From positions 1 to 41,797 of the IMG/VR virus record IMGVR_UViG_3300046714_000079: a DNA stretch of 41,797 nucleotides; one strand, written 5' to 3'. The translations under genes were made by a program, and so were the position numbers. Positions 23,781 to 31,718 of this stretch are shown here, in pieces. Each line of letters starts with the position of its first letter. Position 1 is the first letter of the stretch. The notes beneath the pieces were generated by a model. It saw only the letters and a program-made list of their open reading frames with translations, did not search any database and was not told the DNA's origin. This DNA is from a virus.

Positions 23781-24890
23781 ATGTGGTCCCGCTCGGGCTC
23801 ATACGAGTTCGACAACAACGGCAATCGTGCGACCGGGGCGATAGCGTCGTTCTTTGTCGGCGGCACGTCAACTCCCTTTGCGGTCTATGAGGATGCGGAA
23901 GAAAACACGGCCTATACCGAGGACGTGACGACGGACGGAAACGGCCGCTGGCCCGCGGTTTTCATCCCGTTCGGAACCTACAAGATCCGCATCACCACAT
24001 CGGGCGGGACGACGCTCTTTACCGCCGACAACATCCCCAACCCGGAGCCGGTCGATACTTCGGCCTCGGTCGACCCCGACGCGATCTTCCAGACCGGCGA
24101 TTACCTGTTCGTCGGCAAGAACGGCACGCGCACCGGATTCGTGCGTGCCAACGGCAGAACGATCGGCTCCGCAACATCCAGCGCCACGGAGCGCGCAAAC
24201 GCCGATTGCGAAGACCTGTTCGTCTTCGTCTGGGACAACTACGCCGACGCTCAATGCGCGGTGTCTGGCGGGCGCGGCGGTTCTGGTGCGGCGGATTGGG
24301 CATCGAACAAGCGGATAGCGCTTCCGGATCATCGCAGCGCGAGCATGATCGGCCTTGACGACATGGGCAATACGGCGGCGGGCCTTGCCGCGTCGGCGCC
24401 GGTTGTCTCGGGTTCGGCCATTCTTGCGGGCTCCCTCATCGGGGCAAACACGCATACGCTGCTGACCGCAGAGCTCGCGACGCATTCGCATGTACTCAGT
24501 GCCTTGGCGACCGTCACCTCGGCCGGCGGTCACAGCCATACTTACTCCGGAACATCTTCGAGCGACAATTCGCATTCGCACACCTATTCGGGAACGACCG
24601 GAACGGAGAGCGTCGGCATCCCGCCTGGAAGTCCGGGCATTGTGACGGCGACAGGCGGCGGCGGCGGAACGTACTGGCACGGCTCGACTGGCCTCGCGTC
24701 AGCCCATACCCACGGCTATAGCGGCACAACTTCGACCCAAAGCGATCACACGCACACCTATTCGGGAACGACCAGTTCCCAGAGCGCACACACCCACGTC
24801 GTCGGCGGCACCACCGATAACGCCTGCAGCGGCGGCGCGCACAACAACCTCTCCCGCTCCATCCCCGTCACCGTCCTGATGAAATTGTGA
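23781..24890 (+). CDS. tail fibre protein with tail-collar-like region and an HxH repeat array
   Basis: LPDHRSASMIGLDDMGNTAAG...ANTHTLLTAELATHSH is tail-collar-like. It is followed by GGHSHTYSGT / NSHSHTYSGT / SAHTHGYSGT / SDHTHTYSGT / SAHTHVVGGT. Confidence 0.75.
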   Translation: MWSRSGSYEFDNNGNRATGAIASFFVGGTSTPFAVYEDAEENTAYTEDVTTDGNGRWPAVFIPFGTYKIRITTSGGTTLFTADNIPNPEPVDTSASVDPDAIFQTGDYLFVGKNGTRTGFVRANGRTIGSATSSATERANADCEDLFVFVWDNYADAQCAVSGGRGGSGAADWASNKRIALPDHRSASMIGLDDMGNTAAGLAASAPVVSGSAILAGSLIGANTHTLLTAELATHSHVLSALATVTSAGGHSHTYSGTSSSDNSHSHTYSGTTGTESVGIPPGSPGIVTATGGGGGTYWHGSTGLASAHTHGYSGTTSTQSDHTHTYSGTTSSQSAHTHVVGGTTDNACSGGAHNNLSRSIPVTVLMKL

Positions 24891-24897
24891 AATAGCC

Positions 24898-25248
24898 ATG
24901 CCTTGGCAAGTCACGCTTCCGCCCGTCACAAATCGCGAGACGTGGACCGACACGTTTTCGCTGATCGATACCAGCACGGGCGAAGCCTATGACCTGACCA
25001 ACGTCAGCGCGATTGTTCTTGAGGTTCGCGACCCGAACTCGCGAAGGTCGGTCCTCACTGCATCGCTCGATGACGGCGTGACGATCGAGGACGACGACGA
25101 AGGGAGTTTTATCTCCATCCGTTTCGAATCCTCCTCGATGCGCAACCTCTGCGCCAGGCAATATGAATTCGGGATGGTCATCACGAAGGACGACGACGAC
25201 CTCGAGGTGATCGGGCTCATAACGGTTCTGGACGGGATCACGTCATGA
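24898..25248 (+). CDS. hypothetical protein in the fibre module
   Basis: 116 aa, acidic and beta-rich. Coupled (ATGA) to the next fibre gene. Confidence 0.55.
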   Translation: MPWQVTLPPVTNRETWTDTFSLIDTSTGEAYDLTNVSAIVLEVRDPNSRRSVLTASLDDGVTIEDDDEGSFISIRFESSSMRNLCARQYEFGMVITKDDDDLEVIGLITVLDGITS

Positions 25249-26108
25249 CCTCGCGCCGTGACCGCCCTCGCGTCAAGATGCAGGCGCTGCCGAAGTTCCC
25301 GGCCGATGTTATCGCTGGGGATGGCATCACGATCGAGCAATCCGGGGCAACGTTCACTTTCTCGATCAACGAGACGCAGCTCCCCCAGATCATTGACTTT
25401 GAAATCGGCGTCGATGTCCAGGCATGGAACGGCGCGCTGCAGGCAATCTCCGACGGGACCGGCGACCTTGGTTCCATCGATGCGCTTTCCTCGACCGGAA
25501 TTGCGGTTCGAACGACCACCGATACATGGGCGCTGCGCACGCTTGCGGCGGCAACTGGACTGGCATGGACCAACGCAGCGGGCTTTGCCGGTGATCCATC
25601 CGTTGCGCTCGACATTTCGTCGCTGACCGCGGATGCGACGCCGGACGCCACTGCGGATTATCTGCTGACCTATGATGCCTCGGCTCTGGCGCATAAGAAA
25701 GCACTGATCAGCGCCGCGGCGGTGTCCTCGATCGCCGGCAATCGTGGCGCCTTCACGCTCGCGAACGGCATCGACAATTCCACCAATCAGATCCAGTTGA
25801 CGGCGGCGCGCCGCACGCTACCGACGACGCAATCGCTCACCAGCGGAACCAGCGCGACCTACACGACGCCGGCAAACTGCCTGTGGATCGAAGTCTACAT
25901 GGTGGGTGGCGGTGGCGGTGGTGCCGGTGGTGCGAACAGTGGATCTACCATCGTCGCGGGAAGCAATGGCGGAACATCGACATTCAATTCCGTAAATGCC
26001 GGCGGGGGAACGGGCGCCGCCAGTACTGGAGCAGGCGGTGTCAGCACGACCAACGGCGGGGCCGGCGGCTCAGGTTTCATTTTCGTAATCGAGCACTACG
26101 GATCATGA
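25245..26108 (+). CDS. tail fibre protein with a C-terminal glycine-rich domain
   Basis: N-terminus KFPADVIAGDGITIEQSGATFTFS is shared with the next gene. C-terminus: YTTPANCLWIEVYMVGGGGGGAGGANSG...GGAGGSGFIFVIEHY. Confidence 0.7.
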   Translation: MTSRRDRPRVKMQALPKFPADVIAGDGITIEQSGATFTFSINETQLPQIIDFEIGVDVQAWNGALQAISDGTGDLGSIDALSSTGIAVRTTTDTWALRTLAAATGLAWTNAAGFAGDPSVALDISSLTADATPDATADYLLTYDASALAHKKALISAAAVSSIAGNRGAFTLANGIDNSTNQIQLTAARRTLPTTQSLTSGTSATYTTPANCLWIEVYMVGGGGGGAGGANSGSTIVAGSNGGTSTFNSVNAGGGTGAASTGAGGVSTTNGGAGGSGFIFVIEHYGS

Positions 26109-28978
26109 TCGCCATTAAATCCATAGTCAAATTCCCGGCTGACGTTGTTGCCGGAGACGGCATCGTCATCGAGAAAAGCGGCGCAACGTTCACGTTCTCC
26201 GTAGATCCGGACTTCGTCCCCGGCGCCGGCGGCGTGCTTGCTCCAGCCGATGGCGGAACTGGTGTCGCCAATGATTGCACGATTACGCTAGGTGGCGATT
26301 TCTCGACATCTGGCGCACTGTCGTTTTCCGGCACCGGGTCCGTCGATTTCCTGGCGGTCGGGCCAACCGAACTCACGCTGCCGACTTCCGGCACGCTGGC
26401 AACCACTGGATCTCTGGCCCAATTCGCTGCGACGACTTCGGCGCAACTGCGCGGGGTCATGTCGGACGAAACCGGTACGGGCGCGCTCTATTTCCAGAGC
26501 GGCGATCTCGGTACGCCGAGCGCAGGTACGCTGACGAGCTGCACCGGCCTCCCGCTATCGACCGGCGTTACGGGAGATTTGCCTTTTGCCAATCTGACAC
26601 AGGGTGCTGCGCTTACGGTCTTGGCAAACGCCACCAACGGGACCGCCGACTTTGCCGCTCTTGCTGCTGGATCGGATAACCAGGTCCTGCGGCGTTCCGG
26701 TACCGCGCTGGCGTTCGGCGCCGTCAACCTGGCGTCCTCGAATGCCGTGACCGGAACGCTTCCAGCAGGAAATGGCGGCACGGGCATTACGGCTCTTGGT
26801 ACCGGCGTCGCGACTGCTTTGGGCGTCAATGTTGGTTCGGCCGGTGCCTTCGTTACATTCAACGGCGCGCTCGGCTCCCCCTCGTCGGCCGGAACTATTC
26901 CCGCCTTCACATTGGGCGGGACGATTGCCGGTGGCGGCAACCAGCTCAACAACATCATCATCGGCACTTCGACGCCGCTTGCAGGGTCGTTCACTACGGT
27001 TGCGGCATCGACCTCGGTCACGGTCACGTCGACCTCGGCCAGCGCCCTGACGGCTGGCAGGCTCGGCGCAACCAATCCGGCATTTCAGGTTGATTGCTCG
27101 ACATCATCGCAAGCCGCAGGACTGAAGGTCACGGGGGCAGCGACCGGCGGTATCGTTTCTCTGGCGGCGATCGACAGCGGTTCAACCACACATATCAACG
27201 TTATCCCAAATGGCGTCGGCGGAGCCTTCGGGGTCGGCGATGCTTTTGCGGCGGCAGTCGCGGCGCCGCTACAATCGCCAATGCCAACGGTGACTGTGGC
27301 AAAGAACGTCACTGGAAATGACATTAGCTTCGACAGCGTGCGGACGCTCGACTTAATCAATCCAGGCAATGCGGGTGGGGCTTATTGCGCCTTCGATAAC
27401 AGCTCGAGGATGATTGGCGCCTTTGCCAACGCTCACTTCAACTCATTCCAGTCCCGACCGATCTTTAATGGCTCCGGCACGCTGGATCAGTTCACAGAAT
27501 TCCTATGCGCCCCTGAGATCAGGACAGGAGCGGCCACGGGCCGGTACGGGATTTGGGTTCTCGACCCCACTGGTTCCGGTACGCTCCAATCGAATTTTGG
27601 AATTGTCATCGATCCCTTGGTTAAGGGAACGGGGGCCAACTATGCGATTTGGAGTGCCGGCTTGGCAACCCCGAGTTACCATGGCGGCAACATTGGTGTC
27701 GGAACGACGCTGATCGATCTCGGCGGATTCGGCTCTAATTTCAAGGTCGTTACGATCTTGGGATCTTCGGCCGGCGTGATCGACCTTGCGGGAACCACGG
27801 CTGACGCGGCGGGAAATGGTTCTGGCTTCATCAACTTTTTTACGAATACGAATACCAGCGGTCCCCGCATTGCCTACATCACGACTACAACTGAGGGTTC
27901 CAGCGCGCTCAATCGTGGCGGTCGTTTTGCAGTCTACACGAAGCCAGACGGAAGTTCCGGGACTATCGAGCGCTTCGCGCTGACGACAGCTAATACTCTC
28001 ATCAATGATGCGAATGGAAACGAGCAACTAATTCTCGCCACGACCGCATCTGCTGTCAACGAGTTCACCATCACGAATGCCGCGACTGGCGTCAATCCGA
28101 CGCTTTCGGCAACCGGCGGCGACCCTAACATCGGTTTCAATTTTCAGGTCAAGGGAACCGGCGTCTATCGGTTCCTCGCGACTTCATCGGGGCCGACCGA
28201 CATCCGGCTGTTCGAGGATACCGACAACGGGACGAACTACGTATCGCTGATTGCGCCCGCGTCGATGTCTGGCGACCGCGTTCTGACCTTACCTGACGCG
28301 ACGGATACCCTGGTCGGCAAGGCGACGACCGACGAGCTGACGAACAAGACCCTCAATGCATCGGTGGGGAAGGGAACTTGGACGGCGTCAGGAACGTGGA
28401 CGCTGCCTGCTCTCACACTCGGCGGCGCCATCACCTACGGCGGGGTGACGCTTTCCAATGCCGTCACCGGCACTGGCAATATGGTGCTGTCGTCGTCGCC
28501 AACATTGGTGACACCCGCGCTCGGCACGCCGTCCGCAGTTGTATTGACAAGCGCCACCGGCCTCCCGCTCACGACCGGCGTTACTGGCACGCTCCCCGTT
28601 GCAAACGGCGGCACTGGCGACACCGGAACGGCGTGGACGACTTCAACCCCTACCCCAACGCCAGCATCCGGAGCGTTCACCACGGTCAGTTGCACGCTTG
28701 CCCAGAAGACAATGGGCAAGACCGTCTGGATGCTTGGGGACATCAGCATAACGAGCGCCGGCACGGCCGCAGGCGCGATCACCGTTGCAGTGCCGACAGG
28801 AACGGCGCAGAGGCGAGCCCAGATCCTTTGCCGTGACATTGGCGTGTCGCTTTGGACCGGAGCCGGGTCGATCGCTGTGAGCGGGACGACAATCACCAAT
28901 ATCGTGCGATCTGACACGGCTACATTCATCGCTACCAACGCCTTCGTGGTGATGTCAGGCGTCTACGAGATCCAATAG
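26105..28978 (+). CDS. large tail fibre / receptor-binding protein
   Basis: ORF 25883..28978 trimmed to ATG 26105 (ATGA overlap). 957 aa. Recurrent ...TGLPL(S/T)TGVTG(D/T)LP(F/V)AN(GGTG) segments. Shares its N-terminus with the previous fibre. Confidence 0.75.
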   Translation: MIAIKSIVKFPADVVAGDGIVIEKSGATFTFSVDPDFVPGAGGVLAPADGGTGVANDCTITLGGDFSTSGALSFSGTGSVDFLAVGPTELTLPTSGTLATTGSLAQFAATTSAQLRGVMSDETGTGALYFQSGDLGTPSAGTLTSCTGLPLSTGVTGDLPFANLTQGAALTVLANATNGTADFAALAAGSDNQVLRRSGTALAFGAVNLASSNAVTGTLPAGNGGTGITALGTGVATALGVNVGSAGAFVTFNGALGSPSSAGTIPAFTLGGTIAGGGNQLNNIIIGTSTPLAGSFTTVAASTSVTVTSTSASALTAGRLGATNPAFQVDCSTSSQAAGLKVTGAATGGIVSLAAIDSGSTTHINVIPNGVGGAFGVGDAFAAAVAAPLQSPMPTVTVAKNVTGNDISFDSVRTLDLINPGNAGGAYCAFDNSSRMIGAFANAHFNSFQSRPIFNGSGTLDQFTEFLCAPEIRTGAATGRYGIWVLDPTGSGTLQSNFGIVIDPLVKGTGANYAIWSAGLATPSYHGGNIGVGTTLIDLGGFGSNFKVVTILGSSAGVIDLAGTTADAAGNGSGFINFFTNTNTSGPRIAYITTTTEGSSALNRGGRFAVYTKPDGSSGTIERFALTTANTLINDANGNEQLILATTASAVNEFTITNAATGVNPTLSATGGDPNIGFNFQVKGTGVYRFLATSSGPTDIRLFEDTDNGTNYVSLIAPASMSGDRVLTLPDATDTLVGKATTDELTNKTLNASVGKGTWTASGTWTLPALTLGGAITYGGVTLSNAVTGTGNMVLSSSPTLVTPALGTPSAVVLTSATGLPLTTGVTGTLPVANGGTGDTGTAWTTSTPTPTPASGAFTTVSCTLAQKTMGKTVWMLGDISITSAGTAAGAITVAVPTGTAQRRAQILCRDIGVSLWTGAGSIAVSGTTITNIVRSDTATFIATNAFVVMSGVYEIQ

Positions 28979-28991
28979 CGAAGGAAATGAA

Positions 28992-29273
28992 ATGGCTGAT
29001 CTTGACGACTTCACCGCAGCAGTGATCAAGGCCGCGAACGATGCTGGGCTCGAATGCAAGCCGGAACGAATGATGGTGACATTCGTCATCGGCGAGCCAG
29101 GTTGCGAGGCGAAGGCCATGGCCATGCAGCCATCGTTTCAACACTCACTGAGCAATTCGCTTGCCGCGGTTCAGGCACTTCCCGCCGAAGCGCAGGCCAG
29201 CTTCATCGCTGAAGGGTTGGCGCCGATCATTCGGGAATATGCGCGCTGGCAGACCGGCGATCGGCCGTTTTAG
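28992..29273 (+). CDS. hypothetical protein
   Basis: 93-aa ORF behind a GAAGGAAATGAA region. No family recognised. Confidence 0.5.
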   Translation: MADLDDFTAAVIKAANDAGLECKPERMMVTFVIGEPGCEAKAMAMQPSFQHSLSNSLAAVQALPAEAQASFIAEGLAPIIREYARWQTGDRPF

Positions 29274-29425
29274 CGGCGGCGCACGGCCTTGTGGATCAAG
29301 ATGTTGATCAACACGAGTGCGAGCACGACCGTCAGCCACACGACGCCATCCGGCCACCACTCGCCGGGGACCAATTTCGATAGGTCCACATAGTTGGCGC
29401 TGGACTTCGGTAGATCGAAGCTCAT
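29270..29425 (-). CDS. small single-pass membrane protein (51 aa), opposite strand
   Basis: Hand-translated as MSFDLPKSSANYVDLSKLVPGEWWPDGVVWLTVVLALVLINILIHKAVRRR. High GC3, weak RBS. Convergent with the late genes and overlaps the preceding stop by 4 nt. Confidence 0.4.
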   Translation of the reverse strand: MSFDLPKSSANYVDLSKLVPGEWWPDGVVWLTVVLALVLINILIHKAVRRR

Positions 29426-29477
29426 GGGCCAACTCTACCAAAACGCGTCCCTTCCGCAACCCCATGAGGCTCCCTGA

Positions 29478-29795
29478 ATGCGATGCATCGCCGCTCTCCT
29501 GCTTTGTCTGTCTGTTCCCGCGCAGGCTGAGACTTGCGTCGCGAGCCACTACGGCGTTGGGGACGGCTACGGAGGCCGCAGAACGGCGTCCGGCGAGCGG
29601 ATGAACCCACACGGTCTGACGGCGGCGCACCGCTCCTTGCCCTTCGGGACGCGATTGCGGGTATCTCACGGCGGCCGGTCGGTTGTTGTCCGGGTGAACG
29701 ACCGCGGGCCTCACATTCGCGGGCGGTGCCTGGATCTGAGCTACGGCGCGGCTCGAGCGCTCGGCTGTGGCGGCCTGTGCCGGGTGACGTTCTGA
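29478..29795 (+). CDS. secreted RlpA-like double-psi beta-barrel (lytic transglycosylase-like) protein
   Basis: Signal peptide [22 protein letters not shown]...[46 protein letters not shown]...[12 protein letters not shown] matches the RlpA/DPBB pattern. Confidence 0.8.
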   Translation: MRCIAALLLCLSVPAQAETCVASHYGVGDGYGGRRTASGERMNPHGLTAAHRSLPFGTRLRVSHGGRSVVVRVNDRGPHIRGRCLDLSYGAARALGCGGLCRVTF

Positions 29796-29965
29796 TGTTC
29801 CTCTGCACAGCCGCAACCGTCATCTATTTCCTCGGCTACATGCCCCCGCCGGGGACAGTCATCACCGTCCCGAAATCGGCGATGTCCCGCTACACGCCAC
29901 GACAGATTGCCCGCGCGAAGGCTTGCGCCAGCAGGTTCAAGATCATCTGGCAGATTGAGGAGTGA
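29795..29965 (+). CDS. small hypothetical protein (56 aa) with a hydrophobic N-terminus
   Basis: In frame with ORF 29534..29965. The ATG at 29795 overlaps the RlpA-like stop (TGATG). Confidence 0.4.
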   Translation: MFLCTAATVIYFLGYMPPPGTVITVPKSAMSRYTPRQIARAKACASRFKIIWQIEE

Positions 29966-29967
29966 GA

Positions 29968-30759
29968 ATGACCGCAGCAAATTACGAGCCGTCGATTCGC
30001 AAAACCCTGAAGTGGGAGGGCGGCTACGTCAACGACCCGCGCGATCCGGGGGGCGAGACAAACTACGGCATCACGGCTGCGGTAGCTCGAGCCGCCGGCT
30101 ACACCGGCTCAATGCGGTCGATCCCCATGGCGACAGTCATGGACATCTACCGCACCCGCTACGCCAAGCCGGTGCTGTTCGATGCCCACAAGGCCGGCGT
30201 CGACTATTCGCTGCTGGACTACGGCGTCAATTCCGGCGTCGGCCGGGCGAACAAGGTGGCGCGGCGCGTCTGCGGGCTCCCGGACAATGCCCCCGCGGCC
30301 GAGCTCCTGACCGCGATCAACAAGCGCGACCCGAAGGCTGTTGTTTCCTCCATCAACGCCGAGCGGCTGAAGTTCCTGCAGGGCCTTTCGACCTGGCACA
30401 CCTTCGGGAAGGGCTGGGGCAATCGCGTGCAGGGTGTCAATGCGGCGGCTTTGGTGATGGCGGGTAGTACGACGGTCCTTGCGCCGGATGTCACCCACGA
30501 GGCTGCGCCGGGCAAGGGCGAGGTGCCCAAGCCCAAGACGACCGGGGCCATTACGGGCACGGCAAGCGGCGGCGCGGTCGGCAGCGGGTTTGGCCTCGGC
30601 GACTGGATATCCGCACATCCGTTCTACTCGGTCCTGATCGCCGCCGCAGCATTGGTCGCAATCGTGGCCGTGGCCGAATTCCTCGCCCATCGCTGGAAAG
30701 CCGCGAAACAAGAAGCGCCGACTCCGGGCCTCGTTCCCGTTCCCGAGCTGCAAACCTAG
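29968..30759 (+). CDS. glycoside hydrolase family 108-type endolysin with peptidoglycan-binding region and a C-terminal transmembrane segment
   Basis: KWEGGYVNDPRDPGGETNYGIT is the GH108 signature. The C-terminus FYSVLIAAAALVAIVAVAEFLAHRW is hydrophobic. ATG 29968 sits behind GAGGAG. Confidence 0.85.
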   Translation: MTAANYEPSIRKTLKWEGGYVNDPRDPGGETNYGITAAVARAAGYTGSMRSIPMATVMDIYRTRYAKPVLFDAHKAGVDYSLLDYGVNSGVGRANKVARRVCGLPDNAPAAELLTAINKRDPKAVVSSINAERLKFLQGLSTWHTFGKGWGNRVQGVNAAALVMAGSTTVLAPDVTHEAAPGKGEVPKPKTTGAITGTASGGAVGSGFGLGDWISAHPFYSVLIAAAALVAIVAVAEFLAHRWKAAKQEAPTPGLVPVPELQT

Positions 30760-30768
30760 GAGCCTCCC

Positions 30769-31107
30769 ATGTTTCTCCATCCACTCTGGTCCGTCGCCCT
30801 CCTGTTCGGAATCGCGGGCGTCTTCATCGTGATCCGCGTCAAGCACGGCAAACCGCTGTTCGATGCGTTCGGCAACCGCGCGGGCTGGGACTGGTTCCTG
30901 ACCTGGCTGATCCGGTTCCGGTCGTGGGTGGTCAACGCGACCGGCGCGATCCTGATGGCACTGCCGGACATCATCGTGGCGCTGACCTCGGTCGACCTCA
31001 CTCCGTACATCGGGACGCAATGGTCAAAGTGGGTCGGCCTTGGCGTGCTGGTCTACAACGCGGCGAATACCGCGGTGCGGGCGAAGCCTGACGGGCAAGC
31101 GGCATGA
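30769..31107 (+). CDS. putative holin (about 3 TM)
   Basis: 112 aa. LWSVALLFGIAGVFIVIRV, ATGAILMALPDIIVAL, WVGLGVLVYNAANTAV. Immediately after the endolysin. Confidence 0.55.
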   Translation: MFLHPLWSVALLFGIAGVFIVIRVKHGKPLFDAFGNRAGWDWFLTWLIRFRSWVVNATGAILMALPDIIVALTSVDLTPYIGTQWSKWVGLGVLVYNAANTAVRAKPDGQAA

Positions 31108-31586
31108 TCTGGTTCAAACTCATCTGGGGTGCCCTCAGCGGTGGCGGTATTTCCGGCCTTGCGAAAGTGCTCTTCGACCACCTCGGGAAGCTCAGCGACA
31201 ACGAAACCACGCAGATCCAGGCCAAGGTGGGAGCTGGCAAAGAGGTCATCGCCACCACGCTGCAAACCGGCCAGCAGGCATGGGCGACCCGCGCAGATCT
31301 GCTGAAGGGCCTCAAGATCACGCAATATCTGATCGCCGCGGCGCTGATCCCGCCGATCTTCCATCAGGGCTGCATCTACTTCGACAGCTCTCCATTCCCG
31401 TGGGCGTGGTGGTTTGCCGGCGACTGGCTTCCGAGCTTTGGAATCCACCAGCAGGGCTCATGGGCTGTGTTCAAGGCGCCAGCGCCCTACGATGATCGGG
31501 AGTGGCAGATGATTGCGTCGTTGCTCGGCATCCAAGCGACCGTCACGACCGTGTTGACCGGCTTGAAAATGGTGGCACGGCGATAA
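31104..31586 (+). CDS. membrane protein, possibly a GTA-type 3-TM holin-like protein
   Basis: 160 aa, N-terminus MIWFKLIWGALSGGGISGLAKVLFDHL plus two further hydrophobic segments. ATGA-coupled to the upstream gene. Confidence 0.45.
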   Translation: MIWFKLIWGALSGGGISGLAKVLFDHLGKLSDNETTQIQAKVGAGKEVIATTLQTGQQAWATRADLLKGLKITQYLIAAALIPPIFHQGCIYFDSSPFPWAWWFAGDWLPSFGIHQQGSWAVFKAPAPYDDREWQMIASLLGIQATVTTVLTGLKMVARR

Positions 31587-31718
31587 CCCCGTGGGGCGAC
31601 CCGGTGCTGTAACACCAAGCCGCCCCTGACCCCCACACTGACTGCTGAGGGCAATCAGCATGACGGCCAAGGACGATTGTGACCCGAGCGCGTTATCGAA
31701 CCGTGAACGGATAGCGCC

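Noticed and set aside
24579-24773. Exact 21-nt repeats that could suggest a repeat-spacer array
   Set aside because: They are in frame inside the fibre gene and encode the HTYSGTT protein repeat. There are only two exact copies and no cas genes, so this is not CRISPR.
25883-26104. N-terminal extension of the large fibre ORF through the glycine-rich end of the previous gene (also 6073..6510 ahead of the second HNH)
   Set aside because: R/W-rich nonsense translation in an alternative frame of a supported gene. An ATGA or TGATG-coupled internal ATG gives a sensible N-terminus in both cases.
23781-28978. A diversity-generating retroelement or invertible (shufflon/Gin-type) host-range switch in the fibre region
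   Set aside because: No reverse transcriptase, no template/variable repeat pair, and no invertase anywhere in the genome. The shared fibre N-termini are direct repeats, not inverted ones.
29288-29300. DnaA-box-like TGATCCACA (minus strand), and recurring CGCAAT hexamers in several intergenic regions
   Set aside because: The DnaA-box-like site is a single occurrence inside a small ORF. The CGCAAT count is about what base composition predicts, so there is no evidence of function.
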